A stretch of DNA of 64,000 nucleotides from Patescibacteria group bacterium (lineage in GTDB: Bacteria; Patescibacteriota; Patescibacteriia; Patescibacteriales; UBA12465), in assembly GCA_041651095.1 (NCBI GenBank), contig JBAZJV010000001.1:83835-147834 (forward strand). Reading direction: 5' to 3'. Below, one piece after another: positions 30,227 to 39,369 of the stretch (positions within the stretch are counted from its first letter, which is position 1; every line of letters begins with the position of its first letter). Below the pieces are notes generated by a model. That model did not search any database. It was not told the origin of the DNA and saw only the letters and a program-made list of their open reading frames with translations. Made by a program: the position numbers and the translations under genes.

Positions 30227-30292
30227 TTGACAAACACGGGCTTTATGATATTATTGTTTTGTAAACAATATCGATTGTCTATTAAACAAATA
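30227..30292 (+). promoter_or_regulatory. Candidate promoter plus two TTGTN-N5-NACAA half-palindromic sites upstream of paralog 8
   Basis: TTGACA (30227-30232), N16, TATTAT (30249-30254). TTGTT-TTGTA-AACAA lies at 30254-30268 and TTGTC-TATTA-AACAA at 30275-30289, 21 bp apart. The second site ends 5 nt before the ATG. Confidence 0.35.
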
Positions 30293-30293
30293 T

Positions 30294-32171
30294 ATGAAAA
30301 ATCTTTTTAAATCCCAGACCGCCTATGAAATCTTGGAACTTTTAAGCACTAATCCGGACTATGGTTTTTCTTTGCCGGAAGTCAGAAAGCAAGTGAAAAA
30401 GGATGCCGCTAACGTAGTGCGCGAATTAGGCAAGCTGGTCAAAGAGGGGATAGTGGACCAGCAAACTAAAGACCGCAAGAAGACCTATCGTTTCAATAAA
30501 GACTATTCGCTCGGGCCGGAGCTGATCAGCTTATTGCAGAAAAACAAGGCGGCCGCTATTGAGCCGCGCTTTAAGCGTGAATGGCTGCTGGCGGAAGAGA
30601 TTATGAATGCTAATCCTTGGTTTATGGCCATTCCATTCTATTGCTTTACCAATCAATTCGCGGCGCCGGGCGGTCGTGCCTATCAGCACCAGGCCTGCGT
30701 CTATAAGGATTATCATCTCTGGTTCTATTTTGATAAGCAGGATGCCTACGAAGTCGGCGAGCATCTAGTTAATAAGTTCGAGGGCGATATCGACTTCATG
30801 GAGGAAGTGAATACCCAGATCAGGTCCTTCGCTGATAAATTAGTGGCGACGGTCGATAAGATCCCGGAGTCTAATTTGCACAAGTTAAGCGCCGATAAGC
30901 TCTGGCAATATTATCAGGAACATGAAAGCGTGCACCATGAATATTACCAATGGGGCTGGATTCCGGTCGCCGCCGATATGTTCGGCGACAATCTGACCAA
31001 CCGCGGCAAGCAGATTTTAGCCGGTCTGCGGGTGTCGGCCGATAAGATCGAGGAATATCTAGCCTTATTGACTCAGCCGGATAAGGCCTCATTGCTTAAG
31101 GAAGAGCAGGATAATTTGGTAAATATTGGTATCCAAGTCCAGTTTAATGCCCAGCAGTTTGAATTGTTCAAAGAATTGTTCCGCAAGTTCAAAGAGGAAG
31201 ATGTAAAATTCTTTGGCTTATACACGCATAGCGAAGAGTATGAGATTAAATTCGAAGAAGCGGTACGGGCAATAAAAAAGAAGATTGACCCAAAGATTTT
31301 AGACGCTTTGCAAAAGCACTATGCCAAGTATTTTTATACCAAGTTCATCTATACGGAAGAGCAGGGGGTCTACAGCTTTGAGCATTATCTGAAAGAATTG
31401 GTCCGGTTGGTCAACGGTGATTACAATTTGGCCGCCACGCAGCAGAAACAGGAAGAAGGCATCGCCGATATGTTGAGACAGAAGCGGACGTTGGCTGAAC
31501 GGCTCAAACTGCCGGAAAAGATTAGCCGGTTTTTCAATGCCTGGGGCGATTTCATGGTGACTAAGATCTATCGCCGCTATGCCCAGCTATTCGCGCTCTA
31601 CAAGACGACCTATATCCTGGAAGAGATCGCCCGGCGCCTCGGATTAACCATCAAAGAAGTCCGCTTCATGACTTCGCGGGAAATCAAAGCGGCTTTATTC
31701 GACCATAAGCTGGATAAAGAAGAGGTTAAATCCCGGGTCAAGCTTAGTGTCTACTATACGGCAAAGGATACCGAGATTTATTATAGCGGTTCAATTGCCC
31801 AGGAAATCGTGGTAAAATATATCCAGAAAGAGACAGACCAGAATGTGGCTGAGCTGAAAGGCCAGTGTGGCTGCCGCGGCCAGGCCAAAGGCCGGGTGTG
31901 CATCGTCAATGTGATCAGCGACATGGCCAAGATGCAAAACGGGGATATCTTGGTGTCTATTTCCACTCAGCCGGACCTCTTGCCGGCCATGAAGAAGGCG
32001 GCCGCTTTCGTTACCGATCAAGGCGGCGTCACCTCGCATGCGGCCATCGTCGCCCGGGAAATGAATACGCCCTGCGTCATCGCTACCAAGATCGCCACTC
32101 AAGTCCTGCACGACGGCGACCTGGTCGAAGTCGATGCGGACAAGGGAATTGTCAAAATAATTAAAGCATAA
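30294..32171 (+). CDS. Paralog 8 of 9: N-terminal winged-HTH, helical domain and swivel phosphohistidine domain
   Basis: The N-terminus TAYEILELLSTNPDYGFSLPEVRKQVKKDAANVVRELGKLVKEGIV is wHTH-like. The C-terminus reads GDILVSISTQPDLLPAMKKAAAFVTDQGGVTSHAAIVAREMNTPCVIAT. His codon at 32037-32039. Confidence 0.85.
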   Translation: MKNLFKSQTAYEILELLSTNPDYGFSLPEVRKQVKKDAANVVRELGKLVKEGIVDQQTKDRKKTYRFNKDYSLGPELISLLQKNKAAAIEPRFKREWLLAEEIMNANPWFMAIPFYCFTNQFAAPGGRAYQHQACVYKDYHLWFYFDKQDAYEVGEHLVNKFEGDIDFMEEVNTQIRSFADKLVATVDKIPESNLHKLSADKLWQYYQEHESVHHEYYQWGWIPVAADMFGDNLTNRGKQILAGLRVSADKIEEYLALLTQPDKASLLKEEQDNLVNIGIQVQFNAQQFELFKELFRKFKEEDVKFFGLYTHSEEYEIKFEEAVRAIKKKIDPKILDALQKHYAKYFYTKFIYTEEQGVYSFEHYLKELVRLVNGDYNLAATQQKQEEGIADMLRQKRTLAERLKLPEKISRFFNAWGDFMVTKIYRRYAQLFALYKTTYILEEIARRLGLTIKEVRFMTSREIKAALFDHKLDKEEVKSRVKLSVYYTAKDTEIYYSGSIAQEIVVKYIQKETDQNVAELKGQCGCRGQAKGRVCIVNVISDMAKMQNGDILVSISTQPDLLPAMKKAAAFVTDQGGVTSHAAIVAREMNTPCVIATKIATQVLHDGDLVEVDADKGIVKIIKA

Positions 32172-32175
32172 ATTT

Positions 32176-33693
32176 ATGCCCTCTCCTATCAGCTTATCGC
32201 TGATCAAGGGTCACAAATGGTATCGCCAGCAGACCGAAGGCACGCCATACTTCATCTATTTGCCGTGCCGCGGCGTGGTTGATTATTTCCGGAGCCGGGC
32301 AGGCATCATTTGGTTTTGCAGCTTGGACGAAGCGCGCGGTTATCTGGAACAAGGCTATATTCGCCGTCTGGCGGAAAGACATTTAGCCTTGGAAAAACAG
32401 CATCCCGGCCGCTCGAAAAAAATGTATGCCAAGTGGCAGCGGGCTATTCCGGATAAGAACAGCCGTTTATTCCGGGCTATCGACAATTTGGATTTATCAT
32501 CAATTAGCAATCAGAAATTATTAAAATTGAATCACGCCCTCGGCCGGCAGGCTTATAATATGTGGCTGCAGTTTTTCATGGATATCTTTGACGCCGACGC
32601 CGAGAGCCTTATTGAACAGGAGTTGATTAGGGCCGGCCGGACTTTAACGGCCGATGAAAAAAATATCCTGACCATGCCGCCCTGCTTATTGGTCAATCAA
32701 GCCCAGGAATTAGCGCTTTTGAAAATAGCCAGGTTAGCCAAACAAGAACCAGATTGCGTCTATTTGCTTAGCCGCATTCAATCTCAGGATAATATCCATC
32801 GTTTGAAATTGCAGCCGCAACTGTTGCGGCACATTGAAACCTATTTGCGCGATTACCACTGGGCTAGGAACAGCTGGGCACATGTTAACACCATCAGCGC
32901 CTTCGACGTGGTCGATCAGGTCAAGCAGATTATCACCAGTTCGCGTGATATTGAGGCCGAAATCAGGCAGCTGGATAATTATCGGCGCGATCTGCCAAAG
33001 AAAAAAAAGATGATTCGCCGGAAACACCGCTTATCGCCTTGGCTAGGGCAGATGTTCGAGATGTTCGGACTCTTGGCGCTCTGGCGCGACGGTCGCAAGG
33101 AAAATATGCAGCAGCTGCATTATTATTTGCAGCTGGTCGGCACGGAAATCGCCCGACGCAGCCATATCAGTTGGGATAAGATCAAGTTTGCCGATCCGTT
33201 CTGTATCCAGTCGATTCCGGTTAAGCCCCGGGTGCTGGAGCGTTGTTACCGCTTGCATCGGGATAATAAGCTGCTGTATTGGGATGGCGCGGTCAAGCAT
33301 TTCTCTAAGGAGGCGAGCCGTAAGTTCGAGAAAGCGCTTGAAGACACTTTCTCCACCAGCGTGACCGAGGTGCGCGGTTTTATTGCTTGTCCGGGCAAGG
33401 TGAAGGGGGAAGTGGTAATTATTAATAAAAAAAGTGAATTTAATAAAATGTCGCCAGGCAAAGTTTTGGTCACGACTATGACCCGGCCGGATTTTCTGCC
33501 TTTGATGAAACAGGCGTCCGCTGTTATCACCGATGAAGGCGGTATCACCAGCCATGCGGCCATCGTTTCCCGGGAACTGAAGATTCCTTGCATCATCGGC
33601 ACCCAAGTGGCGACCAAAGTTTTGCAGGACGGCTATCAGGTGGAGGTGAACGCCAACCATGGCGTGGTGTTGGTTATTGGTAAAAATAAATAA
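32176..33693 (+). CDS. Paralog 9 of 9: helical domain plus swivel phosphohistidine domain
   Basis: GKVLVTTMTRPDFLPLMKQASAVITDEGGITSHAAIVSRELKIPCIIGT. His codon at 33553-33555. Confidence 0.85.
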   Translation: MPSPISLSLIKGHKWYRQQTEGTPYFIYLPCRGVVDYFRSRAGIIWFCSLDEARGYLEQGYIRRLAERHLALEKQHPGRSKKMYAKWQRAIPDKNSRLFRAIDNLDLSSISNQKLLKLNHALGRQAYNMWLQFFMDIFDADAESLIEQELIRAGRTLTADEKNILTMPPCLLVNQAQELALLKIARLAKQEPDCVYLLSRIQSQDNIHRLKLQPQLLRHIETYLRDYHWARNSWAHVNTISAFDVVDQVKQIITSSRDIEAEIRQLDNYRRDLPKKKKMIRRKHRLSPWLGQMFEMFGLLALWRDGRKENMQQLHYYLQLVGTEIARRSHISWDKIKFADPFCIQSIPVKPRVLERCYRLHRDNKLLYWDGAVKHFSKEASRKFEKALEDTFSTSVTEVRGFIACPGKVKGEVVIINKKSEFNKMSPGKVLVTTMTRPDFLPLMKQASAVITDEGGITSHAAIVSRELKIPCIIGTQVATKVLQDGYQVEVNANHGVVLVIGKNK

Positions 33694-33704
33694 AGCCAAA
33701 ATAT

Positions 33705-34643
33705 ATGTTCATCAAATTTTTCAAGGACATTACTAAAAAGAGCGTAGGAGAAGCTGGCGGCAAGGGCGCTTCGCTCGGAGAGATGACCAATGCCAAGATT
33801 CCGGTACCGCCTGGTTTCGTGATTTTAGCCGAGGCTTTCTATCAATTCTTGGCGGAAACGGATCTGACCCAGGCCATCCAGGCGGTGCTAGATAAGATCA
33901 ACTATAAGGATATCAACGCGGTAGACGGCGCTTCCGCGGAGATTCGCTCTTTGATCATGAAAGCGCCGATGCCCAAAGATTTGGAGAAGCTGATCAAGGC
34001 TGATTTTAAAAAACTAAAAGCCAAATTCGTCGCGGTCCGCTCCAGCGCCACAGCGGAAGATTCTTCCTCCGCTTCCTGGGCCGGGGAATTGGAAACCTAC
34101 TTGAATACGACGGATAAGACCTTGCTGTTAAACGTAAAGAAATGCTGGTCTTCGCTGTTTACGCCGCGGGCTATTTTCTACCGCCATGAGAAAAAATTAT
34201 TAAAGACCAAAGTCGGCGTGGCGGTCGTGGTGCAGCAAATGGTGGAGTCGGAAATCTCCGGCATTGCTTTTACTGTCCATCCGGTCACCCAGGACAAGAA
34301 CCAGATGATCATCGAAGCCGGCTACGGCCTGGGCGAAGCCATCGTCTCCGGTTCAATCACGCCAGACTCCTATGTCCTGGACAAAAGGGATTATTCTTTC
34401 ATCGATATCAATGTCGCCGGCCAGGAACGCCAAATCATCAAAGGGCCGTCCGGCGGCACGAAATGGGTGGCGGTTCCGGCGGCCCGCCGGGAAAAACAGA
34501 AGCTCAGCGGCCAACAGATCGTCGGATTGGCGAAGATCTGCGCCGGAATAGAGAAGCACTATAAGTTCCCCTGTGATATCGAATGGGCTCTGGCCAAGGG
34601 CAAATTCTATATCACTCAGAGCCGGCCGATAACTACGCTCTGA
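33705..34643 (+). CDS. Stand-alone PPDK_N-type ATP-grasp (nucleotide-binding) domain protein of the PEP synthase/PPDK/RPH family
   Basis: SVGEAGGKGASLGEMTNAKIPVPPGFVI, FVAVRSSATAEDSSSASWAGE and VAVVVQQMVESEISGIAFTVHP. It is 312 aa and ends where full-length enzymes continue into further domains. Confidence 0.9.
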   Translation: MFIKFFKDITKKSVGEAGGKGASLGEMTNAKIPVPPGFVILAEAFYQFLAETDLTQAIQAVLDKINYKDINAVDGASAEIRSLIMKAPMPKDLEKLIKADFKKLKAKFVAVRSSATAEDSSSASWAGELETYLNTTDKTLLLNVKKCWSSLFTPRAIFYRHEKKLLKTKVGVAVVVQQMVESEISGIAFTVHPVTQDKNQMIIEAGYGLGEAIVSGSITPDSYVLDKRDYSFIDINVAGQERQIIKGPSGGTKWVAVPAARREKQKLSGQQIVGLAKICAGIEKHYKFPCDIEWALAKGKFYITQSRPITTL

Positions 34644-34766
34644 CAGCCTGTTCCGCCGCTTCGGCCAGCCGGCAAATCTATTTCCTCTTCCCATAAAAAT
34701 GTGCTAAAATACAAAAAGAACAGCCCGCGTTGTTTTCCCCGATTTTTTTGATATTTTAGCGCCCCC

Positions 34767-36296
34767 ATGTTTGATTACTTACAAAAATTTAATAGTCTGC
34801 CCAAGGAACTGCGCGACCGGATTTCCGCGCCGGCCGTCATGGCGGCGGTGACGGAATTGGAGGATAAGTACCAGGTCGATCTGGCCATGACTGTCATGAA
34901 AGTGATGATCCGCAGCCTGACCGTTAAGGAATTGCCGGTTTTTTTTGTCAGTGAGGCGGGCTTGCCGCAGAATGCGGCGGAAAACCTGACCCGCGAACTG
35001 AAAGAGCGGGTTTTTGCTGTCGTGGCTGATTACCTGGGCCTGCAGTCGGAAATGCGCGCTCTGGATTTGGAACGGGATATCAGCGGCCTGATCAAAGAAG
35101 CCGGCTTATCTTTGGCCAGCGATAATCTGGTCAGCCGTTTGAAGAATATTCTGGCGACTTATCTGCGCGGCGTACGCAACAAGATCGATACCAGGAACGC
35201 TTTGGCTAAGGATGTGAAAATCGGCGGCCTTAACTTGAGCGCCGCGGAAATCGACCGTCTTTTAAAAATCTGCGATAGCGGCAAATTAAGCGCCGTTTCT
35301 CCGGTTTCTGCCGCGGCCTCGGCGTCCGCTCACCCCAAGCCGGCCGTTTTCGCTTTGCCGCCGGAAGAGTACGATCTTAAGCAGGCTTTAGCCAGTGGCC
35401 AGGTAAAACCTGTCGTGAAGCCCGCTCCGAGCCAGGCCCAACCGTCGCCGCTGCAACCTGCCGTCGGCTTAGATACCAGCCACGAGATCAGCGCGCCGGA
35501 TCGCCAGCTGGATCTGGCCGCGCCAACAAAACCCGTGGCGCCAGTTAACTTACCTATTCCGCCAACCGTCCCGTCGTTGTCCGACAAGCCGACCGTCGCG
35601 CCCTCTTCGCCGGTCGTCATCCAGCCGACCCAGACGGTTCAGACAGTCCAGCCGATCAAGCCGGAACCGGTCAAGAAGATCGAATTAGTCCATGCGCCTA
35701 AGAATATCCAGGCTATCACGAATATTCAGGTAAATACTCAGTCTAAGGTCCAAACTAAGGCCGGCTCTCCGGTTGCCAGCCGTTTGGCGCCTCTTTCGGC
35801 GACGCCGCCGGGGACGCCGGGCGTCCCGCCCCAGTCTTCGGCAGCAGCCTCGCCGACTATCGCCGCTGCCGCCCAGGCCGCGGCGCCAGCGCGGCCGACC
35901 CCGGCCCGTCGTCCGGTAGTGGCGCCTCCTTCCGCCCGGCCGCGGATGCATGATATCAGGCCGGTACCCAAGGTCATGGGGCCGATAGAAGAATTGCAAT
36001 TCTTGGATCCGGTCAATTTCCGCCGCTTGGGTCAGGCGCCGGCGGAAGCGACCGCCAAGATTTTTGCGAAGATAAAACTTTTGGAAAAAGACGGCTATGA
36101 TAAGATGATCGCCGGCGTCCGGGCCTGGCGCCAGAGTCCGGTCAACCGGCTGTACTTGCGCATCGGCCAGGAAGCGATCGCCGGCGGGCTGTTATTGAAA
36201 GACGCTGTTTCAGCCCGACAGCAGGCCGGCCAGGAAACTCTGAGCATGGAAGAGATTGAGGCCGTAGTCAAGCTGAACAGCAAGCTGGTATTCTAA
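34767..36296 (+). CDS. Hypothetical protein with a long Pro/Ala/Val-rich central region
   Basis: Intact 509-aa ORF. No catalytic motif recognised. Confidence 0.65.
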   Translation: MFDYLQKFNSLPKELRDRISAPAVMAAVTELEDKYQVDLAMTVMKVMIRSLTVKELPVFFVSEAGLPQNAAENLTRELKERVFAVVADYLGLQSEMRALDLERDISGLIKEAGLSLASDNLVSRLKNILATYLRGVRNKIDTRNALAKDVKIGGLNLSAAEIDRLLKICDSGKLSAVSPVSAAASASAHPKPAVFALPPEEYDLKQALASGQVKPVVKPAPSQAQPSPLQPAVGLDTSHEISAPDRQLDLAAPTKPVAPVNLPIPPTVPSLSDKPTVAPSSPVVIQPTQTVQTVQPIKPEPVKKIELVHAPKNIQAITNIQVNTQSKVQTKAGSPVASRLAPLSATPPGTPGVPPQSSAAASPTIAAAAQAAAPARPTPARRPVVAPPSARPRMHDIRPVPKVMGPIEELQFLDPVNFRRLGQAPAEATAKIFAKIKLLEKDGYDKMIAGVRAWRQSPVNRLYLRIGQEAIAGGLLLKDAVSARQQAGQETLSMEEIEAVVKLNSKLVF

Positions 36297-36298
36297 AT

Positions 36299-36718
36299 AT
36301 GCAACAATTTACCGTTCCCCAATTCATCGACGTGGAAAACCAGATCATCGGTCCGATCACGACCCGGCAGTTTATGATCCTCCTGGTCGCGGCGGTAGCT
36401 ATCGGCCTCAGTTACAAGCTGTTTGATTTCAGCTTGTTCGCGACGGTAGCTATTTTGATCCTCATCATCGCCGCCACCCTGGCTTTCGTCAAGATTAACG
36501 GCCGCCCCTTCCACCTGTTCATCCTGAATACTATCCAGACTTGGCGTCGGCCGGGTTTGCGGGTCTGGAACAATCAGGCGCTCATCAGCGAGCAGTCGGA
36601 CAAGGAACCGGTCGTGTTGCCGGTATATCGTCCGACGCCGCCGAAAATTTATAAAAAATCGCGTTTAGCCGAACTGGCCCTGATCGTCGATACCAAGGGC
36701 CGGTATAAAGGAGAATGA
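36299..36718 (+). CDS. PrgI-like (VirB3-like) small T4SS membrane protein
   Basis: The N-terminus VPQFIDVENQIIGPITTRQFMILLVAAVAIGLSY is followed by a second TM helix. 139 aa. It lies directly upstream of the VirB4-like ATPase genes. Confidence 0.55.
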   Translation: MQQFTVPQFIDVENQIIGPITTRQFMILLVAAVAIGLSYKLFDFSLFATVAILILIIAATLAFVKINGRPFHLFILNTIQTWRRPGLRVWNNQALISEQSDKEPVVLPVYRPTPPKIYKKSRLAELALIVDTKGRYKGE

Positions 36719-36719
36719 T

Positions 36720-37400
36720 ATGGCCGGAAGGAATTTAGCCAAAAACAAGATCGGGGCCTTTACCCAGCAATATCTGAATATTGCCGAGATTAAGGGCAAC
36801 ACGGTAGTCATGAAAGACGGCACCCTGCGCGCCGTGCTCTTGGTTTCCAGCATCAATTTTGCCTTGAAGAGCGAAGACGAGCAGAACGCGGTCATTGACT
36901 CCTATATCCGTTTCCTGAACAATATCAGCTTTACGGTCCAGATCGTTATCCAGTCGCGCGAGTTGAACATCGACAATTACCTGCAATACCTGAAAGGGAA
37001 GGAGAAGGAACAGACCAACAAGCTGCTTAAGGTCCAGACGGCCGACTATATCGAATATATCAAGGAGCTCACTTCGTTGGGTAAGATCATGAATAAGCGC
37101 TTTTACGTCGTCGTCCCCTACGATCCCTTGACTGACAAGCATAAAGGCTTCTTTTCTCTGCTGGGCGAAGCGATGCGGCCGGCGACCATCATCAAGCTGA
37201 AAGAGAAAACTTTCCAAAAATACCAGGAGATGCTGGAGCGCCGGGTGGAAAGCGTGATGGGCGGGCTGGAATCTATGGGTGTTGCGGTGGCGCGCCTGGA
37301 TACGCAGAGCCTCATTGAATTATATTACAAGACTTATAATCCGGAGACCTCCGTCAATCAGGAACTCGCGGATTTGGATAAGATCCGCGTAGAACAATAA
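36720..37400 (+). CDS. T4SS-associated protein resembling the N-terminal region of Gram-positive-type VirB4/TraE ATPases
   Basis: FTQQYLNIAEIKGNTVVMKDGTLRAVLLVSSINFALKSEDEQNAVIDSYIRFLNNISFTVQIVIQS matches the pattern I associate with VirB4 N-termini. It starts 1 nt after the PrgI-like stop and ends 7 nt before the VirB4-like ATG, in a different frame. Confidence 0.5.
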   Translation: MAGRNLAKNKIGAFTQQYLNIAEIKGNTVVMKDGTLRAVLLVSSINFALKSEDEQNAVIDSYIRFLNNISFTVQIVIQSRELNIDNYLQYLKGKEKEQTNKLLKVQTADYIEYIKELTSLGKIMNKRFYVVVPYDPLTDKHKGFFSLLGEAMRPATIIKLKEKTFQKYQEMLERRVESVMGGLESMGVAVARLDTQSLIELYYKTYNPETSVNQELADLDKIRVEQ

Positions 37401-37407
37401 AGCCTCT

Positions 37408-39321
37408 ATGATCGATTTCAATAAAGACGACCAACAGAATAAGCTGACGCTGAATACGCCCGTCACCTTGCGGACGCCCGGCGCGGCGCCGGCCGTGGAA
37501 AGCAATCCGACCCTGACGCGGGAGGTTATCGAAGAGGAGAAAGCGTTCCGCCGCGGCGTCCTGTCCGTCCGGGACATCATCGCGCCCGCCAGTTTGAAAG
37601 TAGAGGCGAATTTCCTGCACCTCGGCAATAAATTCGTCCGGACGGTCTTCGTCATCAGCTATCCGCGCTATATTTCCGTCGGCTGGTTCGCTCCGATCAT
37701 CAATCTAAATGTGACTTTCGACGTGTCCATGTTCTTTTATCCGGTCAAGAGCTTCATCATTTTAAAGCAGCTGAAAAACAAGGTCGGCGCTTTGGAGGCC
37801 CAGATCGTGGCTGACGCCGAGAAAGGCGCCGCTCGCGACCCGCTCCGGGAAACCGCTCTGCGCGATATTGAATACCTGCGCGACGCGCTTACCCAGGGGA
37901 CGGAAAAATTCTTCCAGTTTTCTCTCTATGTCACCTTATATGCCGATAATCTGCCCGAGCTCGACCGCTTATCCGACCAGCTAGAGGACATCTTCGGTTC
38001 GCGGCTGGTCTATTCCCGCCGCGTCTATTACCAGGCGGAGCAGGGCTTTAATTCTACGTTGCCCTTGGGTGACGACGAGCTCTTTATTACTTTTAACATG
38101 AATTCTTCGCCTATCGCCTCGTCTTTTCCGTTCATTTCCAGCGAACTGACCAGCGATCAAGGTATTTTGTACGGCATTAACCGCCATAATAACAGTCTCA
38201 TCCTCTTCGACCGTTTTACCCTGCAGAACGCCAATTCCGTCGTCTTTGCCACTTCCGGCGCGGGCAAGAGTTACGCCGTCAAGCTGGAGGTTTTGCGGTC
38301 TTTGATGTTAGGTTCCGACGTCATCGTCATCGATCCGGAATACGAATACAAGCATCTGGCGGAAGCGGTCGGCGGCACCTATATCAATATCTCCCTGGCT
38401 TCGGAAAACAAAATCAATCCTTTTGATCTGCCGCGCTCTATCGGCGGCGAAGCCAAACCCAAGGACATCATCCGCAGCGCCGTCATTACCCTGAAGGGCC
38501 TGGTCCGTCTGATGCTCGGCAATCTGAACTACGACGAGGACTCCATCGTCGACCGGGCGCTCCTGGAGACCTACGCCAAGAAAGATATTACTCCGGATTC
38601 CGATTTGTCCAAGATCGAATCGCCGATCATGTCCGATTTCGAGCAGATTCTTGACGGCATGGAAGGCGGCGCGGACCTGGCCTTGCGTCTGCGCAAGTTC
38701 ACCGCCGGCACTTTCGCCGGACTCCTTAATAATCAGACCAACGTGGAGATGAATAACCAGCTGGTCTGCTTCTCGGTCCGCGACCTGGAAGACGAATTGC
38801 GGCCGATCGCCATCTATACGATCGTCAACTATATCTGGAACGTCGTCCGGAGCGAGATGAAAAAGCGGATTTTGGTCATTGACGAAGCCTGGTGGATGAT
38901 GCAGCACGAAGACAGCGCCAAATTCATCTTTGCCCTAGTCAAGCGCTGCCGCAAGTATTATCTGGGCGTGACCACGATCACTCAGGACGTCAACGATTTC
39001 CTGACCTCGCCTTACGGCCAGGCTATCGTCACCAATTCTTCCATGCAGCTCCTGTTCAAGCAGTCGCCGGCCGCCATCGACCTGGTCCAGAAGACCTTCC
39101 TGCTGACTGAAGGCGAAAAATACCTGCTCCTGGAATGCGGCGTCGGCGAAGGTATTTTTTTCGCCGGCAATAAGCACGTCGCCATGAAAGCCGTCGCCTC
39201 CTATACCGAGGACCAGCTGATCACTTCCGACCCGCGGCAGCTCTTGGAGCTGGAAGAAGCCAAGAAGGAATTTGAGGAAAGCCAGGCGGAACAGGGCGCG
39301 GCCAGCGGCCTGGCGACCTGA
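37408..39321 (+). CDS. VirB4/TraC-like T4SS ATPase
   Basis: Walker A FATSGAGKSYAVK, Walker B RILVIDEAWWMM, and ITQDVNDF. 637 aa. Confidence 0.85.
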   Translation: MIDFNKDDQQNKLTLNTPVTLRTPGAAPAVESNPTLTREVIEEEKAFRRGVLSVRDIIAPASLKVEANFLHLGNKFVRTVFVISYPRYISVGWFAPIINLNVTFDVSMFFYPVKSFIILKQLKNKVGALEAQIVADAEKGAARDPLRETALRDIEYLRDALTQGTEKFFQFSLYVTLYADNLPELDRLSDQLEDIFGSRLVYSRRVYYQAEQGFNSTLPLGDDELFITFNMNSSPIASSFPFISSELTSDQGILYGINRHNNSLILFDRFTLQNANSVVFATSGAGKSYAVKLEVLRSLMLGSDVIVIDPEYEYKHLAEAVGGTYINISLASENKINPFDLPRSIGGEAKPKDIIRSAVITLKGLVRLMLGNLNYDEDSIVDRALLETYAKKDITPDSDLSKIESPIMSDFEQILDGMEGGADLALRLRKFTAGTFAGLLNNQTNVEMNNQLVCFSVRDLEDELRPIAIYTIVNYIWNVVRSEMKKRILVIDEAWWMMQHEDSAKFIFALVKRCRKYYLGVTTITQDVNDFLTSPYGQAIVTNSSMQLLFKQSPAAIDLVQKTFLLTEGEKYLLLECGVGEGIFFAGNKHVAMKAVASYTEDQLITSDPRQLLELEEAKKEFEESQAEQGAASGLAT

Positions 39322-39369
39322 TTAGCGTCGTAATAAGAATATCCTGCTTCAGGCAGGGATTATAAATAT

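Noticed and set aside
16333-33693. Reading the nine paralogs as fragments or pseudogenes of a decayed ppsA (PEP synthase) or PPDK.
   Set aside because: Each is an intact 470-625-aa ORF with a preserved catalytic His block and tight operon spacing. None carries remnants of the TIM-barrel domain. In each, the swivel domain is C-terminal rather than central, unlike PpsA.
36720-39321. Calling the 226-aa and 637-aa ORFs a VirB4 pseudogene disrupted by a frameshift.
   Set aside because: Both ORFs are intact, with their own ATG starts and a clean stop between them. I cannot show collinearity with a single VirB4 by eye. I kept them as two genes and flagged the question for checking.
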